The notes under the pieces are model-generated. The model had not been told where the DNA came from and did not search any database. It saw only the letters and a list, made by a program, of their open reading frames with translations. The translations under genes were made by a program, and so were the position numbers. A stretch of DNA of 61,440 nt, the filler included. It is 5 parts of 5 records of this genome, joined end to end, with 100 filler letters (N's around TTAATTAATTAA, not from the genome) between each part and the next. Parts side by side here need not be neighbours in the genome. Positions count along the whole stretch, not along the records: positions 21,371 to 46,543 come from DRR723986_12551; positions 46,644 to 51,840 come from DRR723986_12552; 3 more parts are not named here. One strand, written 5' to 3'. Below are positions 39,337 through 51,593 of this stretch, in pieces (position 1 is the first letter of the stretch; each line of letters opens with the position of its first letter).

Positions 39337-40668
39337 TTAAAGCAGCATAGTAATCGGGTCTTCAATGAAGTCCTTGAATTCCTTCAAGAACTCAGCGCCA
39401 ACAGCGCCGTCAACAGCCCGGTGATCACACGACATAGTGCAACTCATGACTGTTGCAACAGCAAGTGCGCCTTCCTTCACAACAGGGCGCTGCTCACCGG
39501 CCCCAATCGCCAATATTGCGCCTTGTGGCGGGTTGATAACGGCGGAAAATTCTTTGATGCCCATCATACCCAAGTTGGAAATGGAGAATGTGCCGCCCGC
39601 ATAATCTTCCGGCATCAATTTGCCGTCACGGGCTTTAAGAGCCAATTCTTTGGTGGTTTTAGCAATGTCCGCGAGGCCCATTTGGTCTGCACCGCGCACA
39701 ACTGGTGTCACGAGACCACCTTCAATGGCGACTGCCATTGAGATATCTGCCCGTTCGTACCAATACATTTTGTCACCGGCAAACTGAACATTTGCTGCAG
39801 GCACTTTCTTGAGAGCAAGGGCAGATGCGCGAACGATGAAGTCGTTGACGGAAATTCTGATGCCGCTGTCTGCTAGTTTTTCGTTTAGTTCTTTGCGCTG
39901 CGCCAACAGTTTATCCAACTCGCACTCCACGGTCAGATAGAAATGCGGCACTGTGGTTTTTGATTCCGTTAGGCGCTTCGCGATGGTTTTGCGCATGTTC
40001 GATAGCCGCTCTTCGCGCATCGGAACGCCGTCGTGTGGCGGATAGTAATCACCGTCTGGCTGAGCCGCGGCTTTGGGTGGCGGCGTAACTGATGAGGCCT
40101 GCTGTGTCGGCTTGGATGCAGGTGCAGGTCCGCTTTCAATGGCAGCTTCAACATCGCGTTTGACGATACGCCCATTTGGGCCGGAACCAGCGATTGCCGC
40201 AAGGTCCACCCCTTCATTAGCCGCGATGCGCTTGGCGAGTGGCGACGCTTTGATTCGACCACCGTCTGGGGCAATATCTTTTTGCGTCGCCTTTAGTTCT
40301 GTCATCAGGCTCATCATGGTATCAGGCGTGTCGCTTTGAGCGATTTTTGATTGTGCTTCCGTCCTGTCTGGCATTGCCGGAGCGGGATTGGAGGTATCAG
40401 GTAGATTTATATTAGCAGCGTCTTCGCCTTCCTCCGCCAGAATGGCAATTATTTGGCCTACTGGTACGCCGTCCGTGCCGGCTTCAACAAGAATTTTAGC
40501 GACTGTGCCGTCATCAATACTTTCAACTTCCATCGTTGCCTTGTCGGTTTCAATTTCAGCAATCACATCGCCGGAAGTTACCGTATCGCCTTCTTTGACA
40601 AGCCAGCTAGCAAGAGTTCCCTCTTCCATCGTGGGTGACAGGGCGGGCATAAAAATTTCAATAGCCAT
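39337..40668 (-). CDS. pdhC: Pyruvate dehydrogenase E2 dihydrolipoamide acetyltransferase
   Basis: Lipoyl ETDKA, E3-binding [16 protein letters not shown]. Confidence 0.96.
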   Translation of the reverse strand: MAIEIFMPALSPTMEEGTLASWLVKEGDTVTSGDVIAEIETDKATMEVESIDDGTVAKILVEAGTDGVPVGQIIAILAEEGEDAANINLPDTSNPAPAMPDRTEAQSKIAQSDTPDTMMSLMTELKATQKDIAPDGGRIKASPLAKRIAANEGVDLAAIAGSGPNGRIVKRDVEAAIESGPAPASKPTQQASSVTPPPKAAAQPDGDYYPPHDGVPMREERLSNMRKTIAKRLTESKTTVPHFYLTVECELDKLLAQRKELNEKLADSGIRISVNDFIVRASALALKKVPAANVQFAGDKMYWYERADISMAVAIEGGLVTPVVRGADQMGLADIAKTTKELALKARDGKLMPEDYAGGTFSISNLGMMGIKEFSAVINPPQGAILAIGAGEQRPVVKEGALAVATVMSCTMSCDHRAVDGAVGAEFLKEFKDFIEDPITMLL

Positions 40669-40677
40669 AGCTCGCTC

Positions 40678-42066
40678 CTATTCCTTGTAACAAACGGCTT
40701 TCACCGCTTTGATAATCTTGTCTGCGTTAACAACGGCTGCTTTTTCCAGGTTGTTGGCATACGGTAGTGGCACATCAACACTGTTAACGCGGGTTACCGG
40801 TGCATCAAGCCAGTCAAACGCCTGTTCCATTAGTTGCGCCGAAATATCGCTGGCGACCGAACATTGCGGCCATCCCTCTTCCGCCACCACACATCGGTTG
40901 GTTTTCTTGACGCTTTCGATGACAGCATCAATGTCCAGCGGGCGAATGGTGCGCAGGTCAATAACCTCGGCGTTAATACCTTCTTCGGCAAGTGCGTCAG
41001 CCGCTTTAAGCGCCTCACCTACCGTGATGGAATATGACACGATGGTTACATCAGCACCTTCCCTGAAGGTTCGGGCTTTGCCAATTGGCACCACATAGTC
41101 TTCCAGGTCAGGCACGTCGAAGTTTTCGCCGTACATTAGTTCGTTCTCAAGGAATACAACCGGATTGGGGTCACGGATGGCCGCTTTTAACAGGCCTTTG
41201 CTGTCCGCAGCATCATAAGGTGCAATAACCTTTAGGCCGGGAACATTAGCGTACCAAGATGCATAGTTCTGGCTGTGCTGAGCGCCCACACGGCTAGCTG
41301 CGCCGTTCGGGCCGCGGAATACAATAGAGCACTCAACCAAACCACCAGACATATAGCGGGTTTTAGCTGCAGAGTTAATAATATGATCAATCGCCTGCAT
41401 TGCGAAGTTGAAGGTCATAAACTCGATAACAGGTTTCAAGCCGTCAAACGCGGCACCAACACCTAGGCCGGCAAATCCATGCTCGGTAATAGGCGTGTCA
41501 ATTACCCGGTCAGAGCCGAATTCATCAAGTAGGCCCTGGGTAACCTTATAGGCTCCCTGATATTCCGCCACTTCTTCACCCATGACGAAAACGTCTGGGT
41601 CACGGCGCATTTCTTCGGCCATTGCGTCTCGTAGCGCTTCACGGACAGTGATGGCCACCATTGCTGTGCCGTCGGGCACGACCAGGTCTTTAGGCGTATC
41701 TTTCTGCGCAGGTTGTTGGGCTTCTTTAGTTTCAGGCGCAGCCACTATAGGCTCAGGTTCTGGGTTTGGCTCTGATGCTGACGCTGAAGGTGTTGCGGAG
41801 ATATCCAAATTGTTGGCGTCTTCGCCGTCTTCGGCCAACACAGCAATTAATGTTCCAACAGCAACATTGTCAGTGCCTGCCTTGACTAGCAACTGGGCAA
41901 CAGTGCCGTCATCAATGGACTCTACCTCCATGGTTGCTTTATCGGTCTCGATTTCGGCAATAACGTCACCAGAGGTAACGGTGTCACCTACTTTCACGAG
42001 CCATGTAGCAAGAGTTCCCTCTTCCATGGTGGGAGATAGCGCGGGCATTGTAATTTCTATAGCCAT
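40678..42066 (-). CDS. pdhB: Pyruvate dehydrogenase E1 beta with N-terminal lipoyl domain
   Basis: ETDKA lipoyl domain; [25 protein letters not shown]. Confidence 0.96.
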   Translation of the reverse strand: MAIEITMPALSPTMEEGTLATWLVKVGDTVTSGDVIAEIETDKATMEVESIDDGTVAQLLVKAGTDNVAVGTLIAVLAEDGEDANNLDISATPSASASEPNPEPEPIVAAPETKEAQQPAQKDTPKDLVVPDGTAMVAITVREALRDAMAEEMRRDPDVFVMGEEVAEYQGAYKVTQGLLDEFGSDRVIDTPITEHGFAGLGVGAAFDGLKPVIEFMTFNFAMQAIDHIINSAAKTRYMSGGLVECSIVFRGPNGAASRVGAQHSQNYASWYANVPGLKVIAPYDAADSKGLLKAAIRDPNPVVFLENELMYGENFDVPDLEDYVVPIGKARTFREGADVTIVSYSITVGEALKAADALAEEGINAEVIDLRTIRPLDIDAVIESVKKTNRCVVAEEGWPQCSVASDISAQLMEQAFDWLDAPVTRVNSVDVPLPYANNLEKAAVVNADKIIKAVKAVCYKE

Positions 42067-42075
42067 GTCTGTTCC

Positions 42076-43107
42076 CTACGCCATTACATCTGTATAAAGT
42101 TCAGAAAGGTCCGGTTCCGGACATTCTTGAGCAAAATTGGCGGCGTCAGCAACCACAGCTTTAACGTCCTTGTCTATCGCTTTAAGGTCAGCTTCGGTTA
42201 AAGAACCTGCCTTCAAAATCATGTTTTTGACGCGATCAATGGCATCGTGCTCTGCTCGCATTTTTTGGACTTCTTCTTTAGAGCGATATTTCGCTGGGTC
42301 AGACATTGAGTGACCGCGATACCGGTAGGTTTCCATTTCAAGAATGATCGGGCCTTTGCCTGCTCTGCAATGCTTAACTGCTTCATCCATTGCCCCGCGC
42401 ACCGCAAGCACATCCATGCCATCTACATGACGACCTGGAATGTTAAAACTTTCGCCCCGCTTGTACAGTTGCGGTTGTGAGCTGGCGCGACTTACACTTG
42501 TACCCATTGCATACTGATTATTTTCAATAATAAATATAACTGGCAGATCCCAAATCTCGGCCATGTTAAAACTTTCGTAAACTTGGCCTTGGTTAGCTGC
42601 ACCATCACCAAAATATGCGACAGAAACAAAGTCAGTTTTTCTATATTTATTGGCAAAGCCAAGACCGGTACCAAGAGCGACCTGAGCGCCAACTATGCCG
42701 TGGCCACCGAAGAAGCCGCGAGCCGGATCAAACATATGCATTGAACCGCCCTTGCCTTGTGATACACCCCCCGACCGCCCGGTCAATTCTGCCATTACTG
42801 CTTTGGGGTCAGTACCTAACGCAAGCATATGGCCATGTTCACGATATCCAGTGATGACCTTGTCACCATCTTTCAATGCCGTCTGTACACCAACGGCAAC
42901 CGCTTCCTGACCAATATACAAGTGACAAAAGCCGCCAATTAAACCCATGCCATACATTTGGCCAGCTTTCTCTTCGAAACGCCTGATCAAAAGCATCTGG
43001 CGATAAAACTCTTCCAGGTCCTTATCAGAAGCTTTGTAAATCGGCGCTTTAACGGTGCGTTTACGAGGCGATGTTGTCGCTTTGGTTGTCGTCTTTTTTG
43101 TGGTCAT
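42076..43107 (-). CDS. pdhA: Pyruvate dehydrogenase E1 alpha
   Basis: GFCHLYIGQEA, GKGGSMH, GDGAANQGQ, YRYRGHSMSDP. Confidence 0.97.
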   Translation of the reverse strand: MTTKKTTTKATTSPRKRTVKAPIYKASDKDLEEFYRQMLLIRRFEEKAGQMYGMGLIGGFCHLYIGQEAVAVGVQTALKDGDKVITGYREHGHMLALGTDPKAVMAELTGRSGGVSQGKGGSMHMFDPARGFFGGHGIVGAQVALGTGLGFANKYRKTDFVSVAYFGDGAANQGQVYESFNMAEIWDLPVIFIIENNQYAMGTSVSRASSQPQLYKRGESFNIPGRHVDGMDVLAVRGAMDEAVKHCRAGKGPIILEMETYRYRGHSMSDPAKYRSKEEVQKMRAEHDAIDRVKNMILKAGSLTEADLKAIDKDVKAVVADAANFAQECPEPDLSELYTDVMA

Positions 43108-43272
43108 GTCGGCCTTTCAGAAAAGGTCGCGAGGCGCGATGCCTCAGCTACTTGAAAACAGCCTAACAGATACCTCGTAATATAGCTTTTGGCAACACGA
43201 TATAAATCTATGAAAAGACGAGGAAATTACTAATTAACCATAATTTAGTTAACTGAATTTACTTTGGTCACT

Positions 43273-43596
43273 CTACTGCGAAAGAATGATAACCTCATCA
43301 GGATGAGCAAAGCCCAAGCGATTGCGCACCTGCTCTTCTAACATGTCAGGGTCAACCGAACGTCTGGCTAAGGACGAAGTTTTGAGAGTGAGGTAATCAT
43401 GTTCGGAACGAATGACGGCGGCAGCAACAGAAAGCTCGGCCTTTTGCTCCTGCAAAGCCCTTAAGGCATGAATGCTATTGTCGCCTTGAAACGCATGGTA
43501 AGTAAAGTATGCAACAAGAAACAGAGAAAACCCTGCCAGCCAATTGCGCTTTAACCCAAACATTATATGTCCGATTCGATCCATGATTCGAATCAT
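43273..43596 (-). CDS. ftsB: Septum formation initiator (FtsB/DivIC family); start uncertain
   Basis: TM helix YFTYHAFQG, coiled coil, DPDMLEEQVRNRLGFAHPDE; eno-ftsB-pdhA synteny. Confidence 0.85.
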   Translation of the reverse strand: MIRIMDRIGHIMFGLKRNWLAGFSLFLVAYFTYHAFQGDNSIHALRALQEQKAELSVAAAVIRSEHDYLTLKTSSLARRSVDPDMLEEQVRNRLGFAHPDEVIILSQ

Positions 43597-43712
43597 CTCA
43601 AATCCGAGTCGGTAATGCAAGACAAAAATGCCTATTTTATTGATTAAATACGACTTTTGGGAAGTGGTGCTCAGCGCAAAGTAACGGCAGGCTTATCTTG
43701 GTTGACGTTAAA

Positions 43713-44066
43713 TTAAGCCAGTTTCAAAAAACTCTTTTTGCTTTGTTGTGGTTTATGGCCTTCCAGCAAAATACGAATTTCTTTAATCGCTGCTGAAACA
43801 GTTGGCGCACCATAGTAACCGCCAGATTTTAAATGTAGCCTAAATGCTTCAGCAGTATTGAGTATATTTTCGCTGTAGTCTTGCCAACTTGCGCTATGGC
43901 TAGGTACATCTCGAAGTTTTGCGTGAAGCGTCATCATAGTGAAATGATCTTGTGCGGCGTCCGGATTATCAGAATTGGTTAAGCGTTTATTCTGATAAAT
44001 TGAATACTGAAATAATGAGTTCAAAAAGGCCGCTGCTTGACTATCTATATTTTCTCTTCCCGACAT
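43713..44066 (-). CDS. Hypothetical protein
   Basis: 117-aa ATG ORF filling the eno-ftsB gap, same strand as neighbours; no recognisable motif. Confidence 0.55.
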   Translation of the reverse strand: MSGRENIDSQAAAFLNSLFQYSIYQNKRLTNSDNPDAAQDHFTMMTLHAKLRDVPSHSASWQDYSENILNTAEAFRLHLKSGGYYGAPTVSAAIKEIRILLEGHKPQQSKKSFLKLA

Positions 44067-44171
44067 TCGATTAGGGTAAGAATGGTTGATGTCCGAATTG
44101 TGACTTAAAAATGCCTTAAATATGAAGGCCGATGCCGCAAAATTAACATCATGTAACGGGCTAAGTGTATA

Positions 44172-45488
<1,317 letters not shown>

Positions 45489-45594
45489 TCATAGCCTGTA
45501 ACTGATGAACCTGCAAGGACTTACCCCTTGATTAAAGGCCAATAAAAAGGCCATGCTTAGTTAATACATAAATATGAATAGGAAAGTTTAGGCA

Positions 45595-46543
45595 ATGGCA
45601 GGAAGTTTTAGAGCTATACTTGCGATGGCAATATCATTCATTTTGACAAATGGCGCGTATGCGTTTCAAAATGAAAAGACATATGTCCAGCAGTTTCTAT
45701 ATGAAAACGAACTGCGTGTTCTCAATGATTTCAGAGACTTTCTTTCTATTCGCAATAATGCAGCCCGGCCGGGAGACCAGCAAAAAAATGCTGAATGGAT
45801 TGTGGATTACATCAATCAACGCGGTTTTACTTCTGAAATTGTGCGCGCTGGTGGCGCCCCCTATGTAATTGCGGAAAAGACAGTTCCGAATGCGACTAAA
45901 ACTGTTTTATTTTATGTGCACTTTGATGGCCAACCAACAATTTCCGAGAACTGGGCAAGCCCTCCATTTAGTCCAACTTTGCGTGCAGGCCCAATTGAAA
46001 AAGGGGCTCAAGCACTACCCTGGCCTACCGCAGACACTAAAATTAATCCTGAGTGGCGTTTGTTTGCAAGATCTGCCGGGGACGACAAAGCCCCCATTAT
46101 CGGCTTAATGGCTGCACTTGATGCAATGGATGCCGCTGGCGTAACGCCTTCTATAAACATCAAATTAATACTGGATGGTGAAGAAGAAAAAGGCAGTCCA
46201 ACGCTTAAAGCTATTCTCGAAAAATACGGCGATCGCTTAACAAGCGACCTGATTTTGTTTTGTGATGCCCCGTTGCATCAAAGTGGCAATCGACAGCTCG
46301 TATATGGCATGCGAGGTTCCATGACTTTGGAGATTACAGCTTACGGCCCTTTAAGGCCCTTACACAGCGGGCATTATGGCAATTGGGCCCCAAACCCGAA
46401 CGATACACTTATGCGTGCCCTTTTAAGTTTGAAGAATGAAGATGGTAGCATCGCCGTTGACGGTTTTTATGATGACGCGCCTCCTCCAACTGAGTTCGAA
46501 AAGCAAGCAATTGCTGCTATGCCCAAAATTGACGACCAGTTAA
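45595..46543 (+). CDS. Secreted M20/M25/M40 family metallo-hydrolase, 3' truncated
   Basis: Signal peptide; YVHFDGQP, ARSAGDDK, GEEEKGS, HSGHYGN. Confidence 0.9.
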
Positions 46544-46643
46544 NNNNNNNNNNNNNNNNNNNNNNNNNNNNNNNNNNNNNNNNNNNNTTAATTAATTAAN
46601 NNNNNNNNNNNNNNNNNNNNNNNNNNNNNNNNNNNNNNNNNNN
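46544..46643. other. Artificial contig spacer
   Basis: N-run with TTAATTAATTAA linker. Confidence 0.98.
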
Positions 46644-46650
46644 GAGCGGC

Positions 46651-46693
46651 GGACCCCTTGATCACGCAAAAGTATGTCCATTTGTTAACAAGC
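46651..46693 (-). repeat. Contig-end motif shared with 10-52
   Basis: Identical 24-mer GGACCCCTTGATCACGCAAAAGTA. Confidence 0.75.
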
Positions 46694-46709
46694 CGGAATT
46701 CTTCCCCCA

Positions 46710-46842
46710 AACCCCAAGTCTCAAAATCCCTCAATCCCCAAGTCTCAAAAGCCCTCCACCCACCTCAAACTCTCCCAACTCCAAACCCAAAAACCAGCAA
46801 AAAGAAAACAAGCCAGCCACTGCAGCAGGGGCGCAGCGCTCA
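46710..46842 (-). repeat. Intergenic repeat family, copy 3, plus 24-bp tandem duplication
   Basis: AGGGGCGCAGCGCTCA core (reverse complement of 11718 copy); CCCCAAGTCTCAAAA(T/G)CCCTC twice. Confidence 0.7.
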
Positions 46843-46861
46843 TACCCCAAATAATCCACGT

Positions 46862-46901
46862 AAACAAAAAAGCCCCACCGATTCAAACGAATCGATGAGG
46901 C
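46862..46901 (-). terminator. Rho-independent terminator of the 1351-aa gene
   Basis: Minus strand GCCTCATCGATTC-GTTT-GAATCGGTGGGGC then TTTTTTGTTT. Confidence 0.75.
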
Positions 46902-46941
46902 CGCAATCCTAAAGTCTTAAGTCAATCCCAAAACGATAAAC

Positions 46942-49900
46942 CTACTGCACCACAAACGGCAGCATCTGCTTGCGCTCCATGCCATTATCATCCAAGGCCA
47001 CCAGCTCCAAATAGTACATGCCGGCAGTCAGCCTGTCGCCGCGCTCCGACATGATGTCCAATTGTGGACTGTGCTGCCCCATATGCAGTTTGCCAAGGTG
47101 CTGACGCAGAACCAGCATGCCACGTGCGTCAATTATGCGCATAGTAACATTTGCCGGTACAGTTAATCCAAACCCGATAGTGGCATTTACTGAGACAGGA
47201 TTTGGGTTAATGCGTAAACCCAGCGGAGTATCAGCCTGCTTGTTAACAACTGCGCCTTCCTTACGACGAAGGCCTTCTTCAACAAACACCGTAACCGTCG
47301 CCGTGGATGTGCCACCGAAACCATCGTCGATAGTATAGGTGAAAGTATCTGGCCCTTCGTCACCATCTGACTCATACCTGACAGTCGAGCCGCCACCGGT
47401 GATTGAGACTGTTCCAATTGCACCGTCCGTAGTTGACGTGATTGTCAGACTGTGACCGTTGGGGTCGCCGTCGTTGAGCAGTGGGTCGATTGTTGTGAAG
47501 TCTTCGAGTTCGGCTATAATAGGGCCGTCAGGGTTAGCAACCGGCGGGCGGTTGCGCATTAATACCGCGACAGCGTTGTCTTTGCTTCCACTGGCATAGA
47601 TAGAAGTGCCGGTGTTGTCTTGCGCCAATGCCACAACTCCGCGTAATCCGTCAACTCCGTCATTGCCATCAACTACTTTCTCGAGAAATGTTAGTGTGCC
47701 ATTGACCGGGTTGCGTTCAAAAATTGCAACTGCATTGTCTGTGTTGCCCGCCGCCCAGAGGTGACAGCCGTCAGGACTGATCTCAAGCGCGCACACGCGT
47801 TTAATACCCGAGATGCCATTGACGCCATTGCGATAACGTGCGACGAATGTTAAACTTCCGTTGCCCGCATTGCGGTTAAACATTGCAATCGCGTTGTCGC
47901 CTTTGCCGGCTACATAAACGTGTTTGCCATCTGGGCTGAGAGTGACATCAGTTGCCAGTCCAAGCCCTGAAATGCCGTTAACGTTGTTGCGATAACGCGT
48001 GGTAAATGTTAAGTCACCTGACACTGTATTGCGCGCGAACAACGCCAGTGCGCTTTTCTTGGAGCCCGCCGCGTAAACGTGTTTGCCGTCGGGGCTGACT
48101 GCCACGCCCATAATCCCACGCAACCCGTCAACACCGCCACTGCCATCCTTGAATGACTCAGCAAAGTGAATGCTGGCATTGGTACTGTTATAGTCAAAAC
48201 TCGCCAGTGAGTTTTCGCCGTATCCACTGACGTAGATGTTTTTGCCATCTTCGCTGATCGTTAAACGGCGCGCCTGTTTAACTCCACTGACAATCAAACC
48301 GCCATCATTTTCGCCGCGGCGCTTGCGCTCCAGGAAGGTCAGTGAGCCGGTTGTAGTGTTGCGGTCGAAGACGGCCAGCGCATTGTCGCCTGCGCCAACA
48401 GCATACAGTCGCGTGCCGTTCGGATGGATAGCAAGGTCGCTAACAAACTTAATACCGGAGACACCTCCGCGTAGATTGCGAATGCGGTTAATGTAGGTCA
48501 GGCTGCCATCGCTCAGATCGCGCGCGAAAATTGCAATCGAATGATCTTTGCGTCCAGCAGTGTACACATAACGGCCGTCCCGCGAAACCACGGCGCTTTC
48601 AATGCCGCGCAATCCACGGACCGAACCCGAACGATCTTTTTGGCGCTCGACATATCCGATGTTAATAATTGGGCACAGCGCGTTTTCGATCGTTACGGAA
48701 ATCGACGTTGTCGCTTCACAGCCGTCAGCGTTTCTGACGGTGTAGTTGAAAGTTTCTGTTCCCTCAAAACTCGTATTGGGAGTGAAGGTTACATTGCCAT
48801 TGGTATGTGTTGCCGAACCATTGGGCGGGTTGTCAAGTGCGATAATCTCCAGTCCAGCGCCCACGTCGTTGTTTAAGACATTGGTCGTCACGGCGCCGAG
48901 CACACTCGAAGTGGCGTCTGCCACCGCTTCGATCAATGAAATTGCGCCAACGCTGACTGAAGCCGTCGTTTCACAGCCGCTTATATAGCTGCGAGTTACG
49001 TTAAGTGTACCACCAAGCTGACTCCAGTCAACAATGACAGAAGGCGTTCCCTGGCCGGAGACAATCACACCACCGCTGACGCTCCAGCTATGGGTTGCGC
49101 CAGAAGTATTAGGTCCTGCGTAATAATCGAAGGTTTCGTTTGAGCACGAGTTATTTGTACTGTTAATCGTCACGCCTGCGCCAACCAGCAAGTTGGAACT
49201 GGTTTGCCCGGCAGATGTCGAAAGTGTTAAAATCAGATTGCCCGCTGTCGCTGTTAACCCGGCTGGAATTGTGACAGTTATTTTGGTTGTGCTGATCTGC
49301 GCTGTTGATACAACTACGGGGCTACCACCGCTCGGAAGTACTGAAATTGTTGCTTCGGTAATGTTTAAGTCTGCTCCACAGACTGTTAATATTTGTTCCT
49401 CGTTGCCGGCAAGCACACAGCTTGGTGTGAGCGAACTGATTACAGGGAGAATCGGTGGCTCACCATTGTTGATCCATATATCATTTGTTTGGCCGAGGTT
49501 GCCGATGAGAGCATCAAGGTCTTTGTCGCCATCCAGATCACCAAATGCAATGCCAAGAGAATTTCCTGCCCCTTGACTGCTGGAGCTGAACGTACCGTCG
49601 CCGTTATTAAGCCAGATGTCATTGTTTTCACTACCCGCACGGGCGAAAGCGGCATCTAAGTCGCCGTCGCCGTCCAGGTCGCCAATTGCAACATCGGTAG
49701 TCTGTCCGCCGCCGAAAGTACTTGAGCTGAAAGTAGCATTGCCATTGCCCAGCCAGATTTCATTGGCGCCATAGTTGGCAATCAGGACGTCAAGGTCCCC
49801 GTCGCCATCCAGATCGCCCATCGCCATAGCACGCGAATTATTCGCATCCCCAAAATTTGTTGCAAAGAAGGTTCCGTCGCCGTTGCCCCACCACACGTCC

Positions 49901-50997
49901 GTGGACTGGTTTTGATTCACAATTAAGACATCCAGATCACCATCACCATCGATGTCGCCAATTGCCGATTGGCGGCTGTTGCCGGTGCCGAAGCTCGCAG
50001 AAGTAAATGTTCCATCGCCATTACCCAGCCAGATTTCGTTGGCCGAGCCTGAATTACTTGACAGTATGACATCCAGATTACCGTCTCCATCCAGGTCTGC
50101 CAGGTTGACGTCCAGTGTCGAGCCGCTGCCAAATGTGCTGGCGCTGAAGTTCCCACTTCCGTCATTTAGCCAAATGTCCTGCGGCTGGTTATAATTGCCT
50201 ATGATTGCATCCAGATCGCCGTCTCCGTCCAGATCGCCAAGGGCTACATCTTGTGAGTTACCTGAGCCGAAGGTACTAGTCGTAAAGCTGCCGCTTCCAT
50301 CGTTCAGCCAGATATCCTGTGGCTGACCGTAGTTAGCAAGAATAGCATCCAGGTCTCCATCGCCATCCAGATCACCAATTGCCAGGCGGGTTGTGTTGCC
50401 ACTCCCAAATGTACTGGCGCTAAAGGTTCCGTCGCCGTTTGGTACGTCCGCTGTAAACTGAAATACAAGTGGTTCAGGCAGAGGCAGGTCACCGGAATCA
50501 CTGGTTGCGCCCGTCACGGTCACCGTAATCAACTCACCGGGCTTGAACTTGTTCGTAGGGTTAAACTGAAGATTCGGGTTGCCACTGAGCACTCCGGTCG
50601 TACTCAGAAAACCTGTCTGCGAGCCAAAAATGCGGATGTTACCTGTGCTCAGGTTGCTCGCATTCATCGTTGTGCTAAAGTTTATGTTGATGTTAGAGTT
50701 CAGGCTGACCTGTGTGGCATTCGTCGCCGGCTGGAAGCTTGTAATTGAGGGGATTTGGGCCTGCGCCTCGCCTACCCCAAGTCCCAGGATTCCTACGCTG
50801 AGCGCTGTCAGTGCTGCCGCTCTGCGCGAATTACCGAGCGGGTTCAAGGATTTGCCGATACGTGCAATGCGACCCTCCAGGAACGAACTTCGCACTGTCC
50901 GCATATCCGAACTTTCGGAGACCTTTCGCAGGCGCCGCAAGTACTTCTTGTAGCGTCGAATCAAATCAATCTGACTACCACGACTTTTTCGTTGCAT
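46942..50997 (-). CDS. Large T9SS-sorted adhesin-like protein: Ig-like, 7 FG-GAP-like repeats, IPT/PKD-like, Ig/cadherin-like, 7-blade lactonase-type propeller, Ig, CTD
   Basis: Seven (G/A)D(L/I)DGD(G/K)(D/N)LD repeats; seven SPDGKHVY..DNA..F.R-type repeats; FNYTV/FTYTI Ig motifs; C-terminal INPNPV...GMYYL. Confidence 0.88.
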   Translation of the reverse strand: MQRKSRGSQIDLIRRYKKYLRRLRKVSESSDMRTVRSSFLEGRIARIGKSLNPLGNSRRAAALTALSVGILGLGVGEAQAQIPSITSFQPATNATQVSLNSNININFSTTMNASNLSTGNIRIFGSQTGFLSTTGVLSGNPNLQFNPTNKFKPGELITVTVTGATSDSGDLPLPEPLVFQFTADVPNGDGTFSASTFGSGNTTRLAIGDLDGDGDLDAILANYGQPQDIWLNDGSGSFTTSTFGSGNSQDVALGDLDGDGDLDAIIGNYNQPQDIWLNDGSGNFSASTFGSGSTLDVNLADLDGDGNLDVILSSNSGSANEIWLGNGDGTFTSASFGTGNSRQSAIGDIDGDGDLDVLIVNQNQSTDVWWGNGDGTFFATNFGDANNSRAMAMGDLDGDGDLDVLIANYGANEIWLGNGNATFSSSTFGGGQTTDVAIGDLDGDGDLDAAFARAGSENNDIWLNNGDGTFSSSSQGAGNSLGIAFGDLDGDKDLDALIGNLGQTNDIWINNGEPPILPVISSLTPSCVLAGNEEQILTVCGADLNITEATISVLPSGGSPVVVSTAQISTTKITVTIPAGLTATAGNLILTLSTSAGQTSSNLLVGAGVTINSTNNSCSNETFDYYAGPNTSGATHSWSVSGGVIVSGQGTPSVIVDWSQLGGTLNVTRSYISGCETTASVSVGAISLIEAVADATSSVLGAVTTNVLNNDVGAGLEIIALDNPPNGSATHTNGNVTFTPNTSFEGTETFNYTVRNADGCEATTSISVTIENALCPIINIGYVERQKDRSGSVRGLRGIESAVVSRDGRYVYTAGRKDHSIAIFARDLSDGSLTYINRIRNLRGGVSGIKFVSDLAIHPNGTRLYAVGAGDNALAVFDRNTTTGSLTFLERKRRGENDGGLIVSGVKQARRLTISEDGKNIYVSGYGENSLASFDYNSTNASIHFAESFKDGSGGVDGLRGIMGVAVSPDGKHVYAAGSKKSALALFARNTVSGDLTFTTRYRNNVNGISGLGLATDVTLSPDGKHVYVAGKGDNAIAMFNRNAGNGSLTFVARYRNGVNGISGIKRVCALEISPDGCHLWAAGNTDNAVAIFERNPVNGTLTFLEKVVDGNDGVDGLRGVVALAQDNTGTSIYASGSKDNAVAVLMRNRPPVANPDGPIIAELEDFTTIDPLLNDGDPNGHSLTITSTTDGAIGTVSITGGGSTVRYESDGDEGPDTFTYTIDDGFGGTSTATVTVFVEEGLRRKEGAVVNKQADTPLGLRINPNPVSVNATIGFGLTVPANVTMRIIDARGMLVLRQHLGKLHMGQHSPQLDIMSERGDRLTAGMYYLELVALDDNGMERKQMLPFVVQ

Positions 50998-51548
50998 GTA
51001 ATGTATCCCGGAATACGAACGTGACTAAGACAAAAGCCTGCCGACCTTCAGGTAGAAGTGGCACAACTACAGACCTTCTGAGACTCAACCGTGGAATTTA
51101 GGCAAAAACAGGCATATTTGATTCTATCAATCGTCACTCGCTCTGTCCCGGTATTCACTTTCTTCTTCTACATTACGCAATCGTAACCCCAAGCCGACTG
51201 TCCGCTTTGTATTGCCGTGTCTGCTTAGGCAAACTACAGGAGTGTAACATGGGCAGACCGACTTAAGTGTCTCTGCCTCGGCCTATAATCCGACCCGGAG
51301 CGCTTTGAGCTGCATCACTCTTGTTATTTTCCAAGGTTCGCATCTCAGGCTTTCTTGATTATTATGCTTGCCGATGTGTCTTCAGCCTCCAGACTCTGCG
51401 TCTTAAGTCTTTTTGCCGCTGAGTTGTACAGCTGAAATGTCCTAAATGCTCTTGACAATTGTAGCTCGGCGCCGCCTGAAGTTCAATCGCCAATTGTAAG
51501 CACCCAGAACAGACGCGATACCCATAGATTCGGCGTAGTATATTCTCT

Positions 51549-51593
51549 TGTTAACATTGAGTCTGTTAATACTGAGTCTGTTAACATTGTTAA
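51549..51593. promoter_or_regulatory. Three 15-bp-period direct repeats (possible regulator site)
   Basis: TGTTAACATTGAGTC TGTTAATACTGAGTC TGTTAACATTGTTAA. Confidence 0.5.

Noticed and set aside
40400..42066. Near-duplicate 5' ends of pdhB and pdhC as a recent duplication or misassembly
   Set aside because: A lipoyl domain on E1-beta is a known alphaproteobacterial feature.
43234..43248. CtrA box upstream of pdhA (TTAA-CCATAAT-TTAG)
   Set aside because: One mismatch in a very AT-rich gap; too likely by chance to call.
49500..50400. DNA tandem repeats within contig D
   Set aside because: Fully explained by the FG-GAP coding repeats.
51181..51260. c-di-GMP-I riboswitch upstream of the adhesin
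   Set aside because: Only fragments (GGCAAAC, GGGGTTAC) are present, on opposite strands, without the GAAA tetraloop/GCAAA architecture.
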